Assembly (NCBI GenBank): GCA_965205505.1
Contig: CBDBHB010000009.1
Coordinates: 2,560,001 to 2,624,000 of the forward strand
Direction of reading: 5' to 3'
DNA: 64,000 nucleotides
From: Acidobacteriota bacterium
GTDB lineage: Bacteria > Acidobacteriota > UBA890 > WLXD01
Part shown: piece by piece, positions 48,733 through 64,000 of the stretch
Position numbering within the stretch: position 1 is the stretch's first letter
How the letters are laid out: the number at the start of each line of letters is the position of its first letter
Made by a program: the position numbers and the translations under genes
Notes under the pieces: model-generated
What the model was told of the DNA's origin: nothing
Databases searched by the model: none
Seen by the model: the letters and a program-made list of their open reading frames with translations, nothing else

Positions 48733-48813
48733 CTGTGCGCGGCGTCGGGGCGAATCGGCTGGCCATCCACACGGGACACACCGACGCGATAGCCACGTTT
48801 TGCTTTCGGGAGG

Positions 48814-48888
48814 GCCCACGTGGCTCAGTGGTAGAGCGCTTCCTTGGTAAGGAAGAGGTCACCGGTTCAATCCCGGTCGTGGGCTCCA
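48814..48888 (+). tRNA. tRNA-Thr(GGT)
   Basis: GCCCACG/CGTGGGC stem, TTCCT-TGGTA-AGGAA, encoded CCA. Confidence 0.95.
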
Positions 48889-48953
48889 CCAGTTTGATCG
48901 AAACACATGCGGCAACCGAACAGCGTGCCTGAACTACGTCAGAGGAGAATCTG

Positions 48954-50147
48954 ATGGCGAAGGAGAAATTCGAACGGACGAAGCCGCATGTAAACGTGGG
49001 GACGATTGGGCACGTGGACCACGGCAAGACGACGTTGACGCAGGCGATCACGCTGATTTTGTCGAAGTTGGGACGAGCGGACTACACGCCGTTCGATGAG
49101 ATCGACAAGGCGCCCGAGGAGAGAGAGCGAGGGATCACGATCGCGATAGCGCACGTTGAGTACGAGTCGGAGACAAGGCATTACGCGCACGTGGACTGCC
49201 CAGGGCACGCGGATTACATCAAGAACATGATCACGGGTGCGGCGCAGATGGACGGAGCGATCTTGGTGGTGTCGGCGGCAGATGGGCCGATGCCGCAGAC
49301 GCGGGAGCACATATTGCTGGCAAGGCAGGTGGGAGTGCCGGCGATGGTGGTGTTTCTGAACAAGGTCGACATGGTGGACGACGAGGAGCTGCTGGAGCTG
49401 GTGGAGCTGGAGGTACGGGAGCTGCTGTCGACGTATGAGTTTCCAGGGGACGATCTTCCGGTGGTAAAGGGATCGGCGCTGCAGGCGGCGGAGTCGGGAG
49501 ATCCGGAGTCGGAGGCCGGCAAGCAGATTCTCGAGTTGGTGGAAGCGCTTGACAGCTATATACCGGAGCCGAAGCGAGCGCTGGACCAGGCTTTCATGAT
49601 GGCGATCGAGGACGTGTTCACGATCTCTGGACGAGGCACGGTGGTAACGGGCCGAATCGACCGGGGAGTGGTGAAGACGGGAGAAGAGGTGGAGATCGTC
49701 GGGATTCGCGAGACGCAGAAGAAGGTGGTGACGGGAGTAGAGATGTTCCGGAAGATTCTCGATGAGGGTCAAGCCGGAGACAACGTGGGCGTGTTGTTGA
49801 GGGGAACGGACCGAGATGATGTGGAGCGGGGGCAGGTGCTGGCGAAGCCAGGAACGATCAAGCCGCACACGAGGTTTTCGGCCGAGGTGTATGTGTTGAC
49901 CAAGGATGAGGGAGGTCGACATACGCCGTTCTTCAAGGGATACCGGCCGCAGTTTTATTTCAGGACGACGGATGTGACCGGCTCGGTAGAGTTGCCCGAA
50001 GGCGTGGAGATGGTGATGCCCGGGGACAACGTGACGATCGCCGGAGATTTGATCACACCGATCGCGATGGAGAAGGGTCTGCGGTTTGCTATCCGCGAGG
50101 GCGGACGAACGGTGGGCGCTGGCACGATCACTGATATCCACGAGTAG
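48954..50147 (+). CDS. tuf: Elongation factor Tu
   Basis: [29 protein letters not shown]. Confidence 0.99.
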   Translation: MAKEKFERTKPHVNVGTIGHVDHGKTTLTQAITLILSKLGRADYTPFDEIDKAPEERERGITIAIAHVEYESETRHYAHVDCPGHADYIKNMITGAAQMDGAILVVSAADGPMPQTREHILLARQVGVPAMVVFLNKVDMVDDEELLELVELEVRELLSTYEFPGDDLPVVKGSALQAAESGDPESEAGKQILELVEALDSYIPEPKRALDQAFMMAIEDVFTISGRGTVVTGRIDRGVVKTGEEVEIVGIRETQKKVVTGVEMFRKILDEGQAGDNVGVLLRGTDRDDVERGQVLAKPGTIKPHTRFSAEVYVLTKDEGGRHTPFFKGYRPQFYFRTTDVTGSVELPEGVEMVMPGDNVTIAGDLITPIAMEKGLRFAIREGGRTVGAGTITDIHE

Positions 50148-50154
50148 ATACGAG

Positions 50155-50228
50155 AGGGCAGTAGCTCTAATTGGCAGAGCACCGGACTCCAAATCCGGGG
50201 GTTGTGGGTTCGAATCCCTCCTGCCCTG
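50155..50228 (+). tRNA. tRNA-Trp(CCA)
   Basis: AGGGCAG/CTGCCCT stem, CCGGA-CTCCAAA-TCCGG. Confidence 0.95.
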
Positions 50229-50264
50229 CCTCTTGAACGCGACGAGGCGGTAGAAGTAGCGGGC

Positions 50265-50459
50265 ATGTGGAATCGCTGGAAGACGTTCGTTCGTGAGGTC
50301 AGGGACGAGGTGAAGAAGGTCACCTGGCCAAAGCGCAACGAGGTTTATGGCACCACCACGGTGGTGATCATGACTTGCATCATTTTCGGTGTGTATTTGT
50401 GGTTCGTCGATGTCGTCATGAGTCGCATCATCACGTGGCTCTACGCGGCGTTCGGTTAG
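50265..50459 (+). CDS. secE: Preprotein translocase subunit SecE
   Basis: EVKKVTWP + single TM helix; position before nusG. Confidence 0.93.
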   Translation: MWNRWKTFVREVRDEVKKVTWPKRNEVYGTTTVVIMTCIIFGVYLWFVDVVMSRIITWLYAAFG

Positions 50460-50481
50460 CACGGCTGAGATCGAGACCAAC

Positions 50482-51168
50482 GTGACCAAACAGGCCGATA
50501 AGAACCTCGAGGCAGCGGCCCGGGCCCTGGGCCTAGAGCCTGATATCTCTGTCGCCGAGGAACCCGCGCCGTCCGCCGAAGAAGCGCCCGTCGAGGCACT
50601 ACCCGACGGCGGATCCAGCGTTCAGCCGGACCCGGAAGACGGCACGAGCTGGTACGTCGTTCATACCTATTCAGGCTACGAGCGCAAGGTACAGCAGAGC
50701 TTGGAGGAGCGCGTACGTACGCTCGGCCTGGGCGAGGAGATTCGCGAGATCCTGATCCCGACCGAAGACGTCGTGGAGATGAAATCGGGCAAGAAGGTGG
50801 TCACTTCCAAGAAGTTCTTTCCCGGCTACTTGCTGGTGCGTATGAAAATGGCGGAGGAGCTCTGGCATTTGGTCAAGAACACGCCGCGCGTCACCGGGTT
50901 CGTCGGCGAGGGACGCAACGCCATCGCGCTCACCCAGTTGGAGGTCGACAAGATACTCAATCGCATGGAGGAGTCGGTCGAGGCGCCGAAGCCCAAGTTC
51001 CAGTTCGCCAAGGGCGAGACGGTGCGGATCGTCGACGGGCCGTTCACCAATTTCTCGGGCAAGGTTGACGAGGTCGACAACCGCCGCAGCACCCTCAAGG
51101 TGATGGTATCGATCTTCGGCCGCGCCACGCCCGTTGAGCTTGACTTCTTTCAGGTCGAGAAGGCCTGA
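50482..51168 (+). CDS. nusG: Transcription termination/antitermination factor NusG with an acidic N-terminal extension
   Basis: WYVVHTYSGYE, FFPGY, KOW motif DGPF, IFGRATPVEL. Confidence 0.97.
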   Translation: MTKQADKNLEAAARALGLEPDISVAEEPAPSAEEAPVEALPDGGSSVQPDPEDGTSWYVVHTYSGYERKVQQSLEERVRTLGLGEEIREILIPTEDVVEMKSGKKVVTSKKFFPGYLLVRMKMAEELWHLVKNTPRVTGFVGEGRNAIALTQLEVDKILNRMEESVEAPKPKFQFAKGETVRIVDGPFTNFSGKVDEVDNRRSTLKVMVSIFGRATPVELDFFQVEKA

Positions 51169-51195
51169 GCATGTATTCGCAGCGAGTGACGACAC

Positions 51196-51660
51196 ATGGC
51201 TAAGAAGATCAAGGCCGTAATCGGGCTCGTAAAGCTGCAGATCCCTGCCGGTAAGGCGACGCCGGCGCCGCCTGTCGGCCCGGCGCTCGGCCAGCACGGC
51301 GTCAACATCATGGACTTCTGCAACGCGTTCAACTCCGCTACCAAAGATCAGCCGGGGATGATCATTCCGGTTGTGCTCACCGTCTACAACGATCGCACGT
51401 ACTCGTTCATCACCAAGACGCCGCCGGCCGCAGTCTTGCTGAAGAAGGCCGCCAACATCGCGTCCGGATCGGGGGAGCCGAACAAGGACATCGTGGCGAC
51501 CGTGACACGCGAGCAGGTAGAGGAGATCGCGAAACTCAAGATGCCCGACCTCAATGCGTTCGATGTCGACGCCGCGGTGAAGATCATCGCCGGAACGGCG
51601 CGCTCGATGGGCATTGAAATAGCTGGTCTCGAGGCCGAGCAGGCCGTGGTGAAAGTGTGA
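51196..51660 (+). CDS. rplK: 50S ribosomal protein L11 with a MITE-derived C-terminal tail
   Basis: [22 protein letters not shown]. Confidence 0.97.
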   Translation: MAKKIKAVIGLVKLQIPAGKATPAPPVGPALGQHGVNIMDFCNAFNSATKDQPGMIIPVVLTVYNDRTYSFITKTPPAAVLLKKAANIASGSGEPNKDIVATVTREQVEEIAKLKMPDLNAFDVDAAVKIIAGTARSMGIEIAGLEAEQAVVKV

Positions 51661-51896
51661 TGGGCGTAACCCTTCGGGCAAGTGGGAGTTACGGGCGAAT
51701 GGCGTCGTCGTTCCTCCTCGACGATGGCTCCAGCATCGCCTCGTCGTCGATCCTTGCCCGCGCCCGTAAGTCCCACTTGCCAGACCCACCACACTTTCAC
51801 CACGGCCTGCTAGGGCATCGCCTGTGTCAGGCCGCCTTGCATCTGGCCCCAACTCGCCGTAACCAGACCCACCACTCTTTCCCCACGGCCTGCTAG
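51636..51896. mobile_element. MITE family 1 variant (short form 51636-51813 plus appended module 51810-51896) between rplK and rplA
   Basis: CGAGCAGGCCGTGGTGAAAGTGTG left end; right TIR present twice; internal inverted repeat GCAAGTGGGAGTTACGGGCG / CGCCCGTAAGTCCCACTTGC. Confidence 0.88.
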
Positions 51897-51909
51897 AGAG
51901 CGAGATCGA

Positions 51910-52605
51910 ATGCCCAAGCACGGTAAGCGCTACGCGCAGGCGAAGGTGGCAATGGAAGCACGCGACCACAGCATCAACGAGGCCGTTGCAGCACTGAGGT
52001 CGGCGGCGTACGCGAAGTTCGACGAAACGCTCGAAGTAGCGGTTAATCTCGATGTTGATCCTCGGCACGCAGACCAGATGGTGCGCTCGAGCGTGGTGCT
52101 GCCGCACGGCACGGGCAAGACCAAGCGCATCTTGGTGTTCGCGCAAGGTGAAAAGGTCAAGGAAGCTGAGGAGGCCGGTGCTGACCACGTCGGCGGCAAG
52201 GACCTGGTCGACAAGATTACCGGTGGTTGGCTGGAGTTCGACGCGGTGATTTCTACCCCCGACATGATGCGCGAGGTCGGCAAGCTGGGCCGTGTGCTGG
52301 GGCCGCGCGGGCTGATGCCGAATCCGAAAACGGGCACGGTGACTTTCGATGTGGGCAAGGCCGTCGACGAGATAAAGGGCGGCAAGCTCGACTTTCGAGT
52401 CGACAAGAACGGTGTTGTCCATGCCCCGTTGGGGCGCCTTTCCTTCGACGAGCAGCAGTTGGTGGACAACATCCGAGCGATGTTCGAGGCGGTTATGCGT
52501 GCCAAGCCGGCAGCTGCCAAAGGTAAGTACGTCAAGAGCGTGTACCTGACAACGACGATGGGCCCGAGTGTGGCTGTCGACGTCGACGAAGTGAAGCTGC
52601 AGTAG
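51910..52605 (+). CDS. rplA: 50S ribosomal protein L1
   Basis: [31 protein letters not shown]. Confidence 0.98.
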   Translation: MPKHGKRYAQAKVAMEARDHSINEAVAALRSAAYAKFDETLEVAVNLDVDPRHADQMVRSSVVLPHGTGKTKRILVFAQGEKVKEAEEAGADHVGGKDLVDKITGGWLEFDAVISTPDMMREVGKLGRVLGPRGLMPNPKTGTVTFDVGKAVDEIKGGKLDFRVDKNGVVHAPLGRLSFDEQQLVDNIRAMFEAVMRAKPAAAKGKYVKSVYLTTTMGPSVAVDVDEVKLQ

Positions 52606-52613
52606 GTGATCTG

Positions 52614-53138
52614 ATGAACCGATCCCAGAAACAGGAAGAGATTGAGTGCTTGGGCGCGACGATCGGCCAGCTGGCGCACGCTTTCCTGGTCGACTTCACC
52701 GGGCTCAGTGTGGCGCACTCAACGGATCTGCGTACTCAGCTTCGTGAGAATGACGGCGTCATGCGGATCGTCAAGAATCGCCTCGCAAAACGCGCCTTCG
52801 CGGATACGGCACTGGGCCAGGCTGAGTCGGCTTTCGTTGGGCAGACAGCGATCGTCTATCCGAACGGTGAGGACGCGGTTGCGATCGCCAAAGTCCTGCG
52901 TGACTTCAACAAGGAGCACGACATCGGCGGTGTCAAGATCGGCCTTGTCGATGGTCAGCTGATCACCCCCGAAGAGTTTCAGAGTTTCGCGGACCTGCCA
53001 TCTCGCAATGAGCTCGTCGCGAAGGTTGTGTACCTGATGCAGTATCCGATCACGGGTCTGGCAACCGCCTTGAACAGCATCCTGCGCAACTTTGTCGTGG
53101 TGTTGGATGCGGTCCGACAACAACAAGAGAACGAATAA
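52614..53138 (+). CDS. rplJ: 50S ribosomal protein L10
   Basis: [20 protein letters not shown]; synteny. Confidence 0.95.
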   Translation: MNRSQKQEEIECLGATIGQLAHAFLVDFTGLSVAHSTDLRTQLRENDGVMRIVKNRLAKRAFADTALGQAESAFVGQTAIVYPNGEDAVAIAKVLRDFNKEHDIGGVKIGLVDGQLITPEEFQSFADLPSRNELVAKVVYLMQYPITGLATALNSILRNFVVVLDAVRQQQENE

Positions 53139-53182
53139 GCCGGCCGCCCGCCGGGCGTAGCCGAGTAAGCCGGAGGAATACC

Positions 53183-53566
53183 GTGGCCAAGCAGCTTTCA
53201 AGCGAACAATTCATCGAACAGATTGAGAACATGTCGGTCCTTGACCTGGCCAATCTGGTCAAGGAACTCGAGGAGAAGTTCGGCGTCAGCGCGCAGGCGA
53301 TGGCCGTACCCGCTATGGCTGCGGGCGGTGGCGCTGCCGAGGCCGAGGAAGAGCAGGACTCTTTCGATGTCACGCTGATCACGTTCGGCGACAAGAAGAT
53401 CAATGTGATCAAAACCGTCCGCCAGGTCACGAGCCTGGGCCTGAAGGAGGCCAAGGAGCTTGTCGACAACCTGCCGCGGGCGGTCAAGGAAGGCGTTAGC
53501 AAGGAAGAGGCTGAAGAGCTGAAGTCCAAGTTCGAGGAAGCCGGCGCCCAGGTCGAGCTCAAGTAA
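53183..53566 (+). CDS. rplL: 50S ribosomal protein L7/L12
   Basis: [20 protein letters not shown]. Confidence 0.98.
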   Translation: MAKQLSSEQFIEQIENMSVLDLANLVKELEEKFGVSAQAMAVPAMAAGGGAAEAEEEQDSFDVTLITFGDKKINVIKTVRQVTSLGLKEAKELVDNLPRAVKEGVSKEEAEELKSKFEEAGAQVELK

Positions 53567-53723
53567 GGCTTGCAGAGCAGAGATGTCGTGGCGCTCTGCG
53601 GGAGTTGCGGGGCACGCGCAAATTCCGTTCCTCACGCACCGTTCCGGTGCGCGAGGTCGGATTCTGTTTCTGTGTTCATTGAAGTACTGACGGGGGCACA
53701 GTTCCCCGAGGGAGTCCCGGTTC

Positions 53724-57839
<4,116 letters not shown>

Positions 57840-57894
57840 TGGCCCGGGCGTACACAGTTGTCAGAGTTTTCCCGTCGAACAAGGTGGTGGGATC

Positions 57895-62094
<4,200 letters not shown>

Positions 62095-62120
62095 CGGCGT
62101 TTTCTGAGCCGCCGGTCGGA

Positions 62121-62148
62121 TTGACTGACGCAAGGCGACTGCTATACT
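62121..62148 (+). promoter_or_regulatory. str operon promoter
   Basis: TTGACT-16bp-TATACT with TGn extension. Confidence 0.6.
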
Positions 62149-62322
62149 GAGCGCCTGCCTAGGGGCACAGGGGGGTCGTGCGGGCTGACCACGCGGCCCT
62201 CAATCGACATCATTTGTTTTTCCGCCTAGGGTTGCTCCGGCCCCTGGCCCCCACCTGACTCGTGGTTGGGAGGGAGCTTTGCCTGCGGCGGACGAACCCG
62301 GAAACGGTTGTAGAGGTATTTC

Positions 62323-62697
62323 TTGCCTACCGTCAACCAACTGGTGAGGAAGGGGCGTAAGCGGGTTACCGCCAAGACGTCGAGTCCGGCCCTGCAGAGG
62401 TGTCCGCAGCGTCGCGGTGTGTGTACCCGTGTGTATACGACGACCCCGAAGAAGCCCAATTCGGCGTTGCGCAAAGTAGCGCGTGTGCGTTTGACGAACG
62501 GAATGGAAGTTACCTCATATATCCCCGGCATCGGGCATAACTTGCAGGAGCACTCCATCGTTCTGATTCGCGGCGGCCGCGTTAAGGATCTTCCTGGAGT
62601 CAGGTATCACGTCATTCGTGGCACGCTCGACGCCTCGGGCGTCGACGGCCGTAGGCAGGGTCGGTCGAAGTACGGAGCCAAGCGGCCCAAGTCCTGA
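62323..62697 (+). CDS. rpsL: 30S ribosomal protein S12 (TTG start)
   Basis: [25 protein letters not shown]. Confidence 0.99.
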   Translation: MPTVNQLVRKGRKRVTAKTSSPALQRCPQRRGVCTRVYTTTPKKPNSALRKVARVRLTNGMEVTSYIPGIGHNLQEHSIVLIRGGRVKDLPGVRYHVIRGTLDASGVDGRRQGRSKYGAKRPKS

Positions 62698-62816
62698 CGC
62701 CTGCTCGCCTTTGTCGGCGTGTTCCGCCGGCCCTTCCCTCCTCTTTCCGGCAAAACTAGGGGAATTGTGTACAGCCACCGGCCGGGCTTCGTGCCCTGTG
62801 GTGGCGGAGAAAAACC

Positions 62817-63293
62817 ATGCCGAGAAAAGACGTCAAGGTCAGGCAGCACGCTGTCGCACCGGATGCGATCTACGACAGTCGTCAGCTCTCTAAGTTCATC
62901 AACCACCTGATGCTCGCCGGTAAGAAGAGCCTGGCTCAGCGGTTGGTGTACGACGCTCTCGAACGTGTCAAGGAGAAGTCCGAGGATGACGACGCGTTGG
63001 GGGTCTTCAAGCGCGCCATAGACAACGTACGTCCGGTGCTCGAGGTGAAGTCGCGGCGCGTCGGTGGTTCGACTTATCAGGTTCCGATCGAGGTTTACCC
63101 ACGTCGTCGTACGTCGTTGGCGATGCGGTGGCTAATTGCCGCGGCACGTTCACGCGGCGAGCGGACAATGTCCGAGCGTCTGTGTAACGAGTTGCTCGAC
63201 GCCTCGAGCGGTCGCGGCTCAGCCGTGAAGAAGAGAGAAGACACCCATCGGATGGCAGAGGCCAACAAGGCCTTTGCGCACTACCGCTGGTAA
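62817..63293 (+). CDS. rpsG: 30S ribosomal protein S7
   Basis: [25 protein letters not shown]. Confidence 0.99.
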   Translation: MPRKDVKVRQHAVAPDAIYDSRQLSKFINHLMLAGKKSLAQRLVYDALERVKEKSEDDDALGVFKRAIDNVRPVLEVKSRRVGGSTYQVPIEVYPRRRTSLAMRWLIAAARSRGERTMSERLCNELLDASSGRGSAVKKREDTHRMAEANKAFAHYRW

Positions 63294-63314
63294 AGACTCG
63301 CAGGAGTAACGACT

Positions 63315-64000
63315 GTGCCTCGCAAGGTGGCGCTCGCGTCAATACGCAACATCGGCATCATGGCGCATATCGATGCCGGTAAGACGACGACGACCGAGCG
63401 CGTTCTTTACTACACCGGGATCACCCACAAGCTCGGCGAGGTCCATGAAGGGACCGCCGAGATGGACTGGATGGTTCAGGAGCAGGAACGCGGCATCACC
63501 ATTACGTCAGCCGCCACCACATGCATGTGGAGGGACCATCGCATCAACATCATCGATACGCCGGGCCACGTCGATTTCACCGCCGAAGTCGAACGCTCGC
63601 TACGCATTCTCGATGGAGCCGTTGCGGTGTTTGATGCGGTGGCCGGCGTGGAGCCACAGAGCGAGACTGTATGGCGTCAGGCGAACAAGTATCGCGTGCC
63701 GCGCATCGCCTTTGTCAACAAGATGGATCGCGTCGGAGCCAACTACGAGCGCTGCTTGCAGATGATGGCGGATCGCTTGCACACGAAGCCGGTACCGGTG
63801 GTGATTCCGTGGGGCGCCGAGGACAACTTCATCGGCGTGATCGACGTCGTGCGCCGCAGCGCCCTGCGCTACAACAGTGATGATCTGGGTACCGAGCCGG
63901 TGGCGGAAGAGATCCCAGCAGAATATCTTGCCGATGTCGAAGCTGCACGAGAGAAGGTGCTGGATGCGGCGAGCGAGATCGACGACGCCATACTCGAGAA
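63315..64000 (+). CDS. fusA: Elongation factor G (partial; runs off the window)
   Basis: Manual translation: [41 protein letters not shown]. Confidence 0.98.
   Translation, partial: MPRKVALASIRNIGIMAHIDAGKTTTTERVLYYTGITHKLGEVHEGTAEMDWMVQEQERGITITSAATTCMWRDHRINIIDTPGHVDFTAEVERSLRILDGAVAVFDAVAGVEPQSETVWRQANKYRVPRIAFVNKMDRVGANYERCLQMMADRLHTKPVPVVIPWGAEDNFIGVIDVVRRSALRYNSDDLGTEPVAEEIPAEYLADVEAAREKVLDAASEIDDAILE

Noticed and set aside
50147-50155. No rpmG between tuf and tRNA-Trp; also no room for an L10 leader before rplJ
   Set aside because: Both arrangements vary widely among bacteria and are not informative alone.
48939-52718. Long antisense ORFs over tuf, nusG, rplK and rplA (and similar ones over rpoB/rpoC)
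   Set aside because: Shadow ORFs expected opposite conserved genes in high-GC DNA; no recognisable motifs.

Overview
GC-rich Gram-negative bacterial chromosome segment. Acidobacteriota is a plausible guess from gene style but is not established. Left to right: (1) a methylamine/betaine catabolism cluster (FadF-like membrane Fe-S oxidoreductase, dimethylglycine/sarcosine oxidase-GcvT fusion, ETF beta/alpha, non-pyrrolysine MttB-family methyltransferase), a D-aminoacylase, a CRTAC1/FG-GAP protein and an MFS transporter. (2) A block at 13.3-19.3 kb with two secreted FnIII proteases and a glycosyltransferase that carry two frameshifts and two premature TAGs. (3) nadE, an RHH-like/degenerate HD-GYP fusion, an LPS inner-core/lipid A cluster, rlmN, purE/purD, rpsU, glycosyltransferases, gltX and rlmB. 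(4) A ~7.8 kb element integrated into tRNA-Thr(TGT). It has an integrase, a CGNR zinc finger, two HTH proteins, an HTH replication protein with internal iterons, a lambda-like cos site, a PLD-nuclease/Nu1-like small-terminase fusion, a scrambled hsdR remnant and two cargo genes, but no capsid genes, so it looks like a phage satellite. (5) tRNA-Tyr/Gly/Thr, tuf, tRNA-Trp, secE, nusG, rplKAJL, rpoBC, rpsL, rpsG and a partial fusA. Two related families of CTAG-bounded palindromic miniature elements are scattered through the window, mostly on amber stop codons, and one has been recruited into the C-terminus of ribosomal protein L11. All calls come from manual reading and motif recognition; no searches were run.
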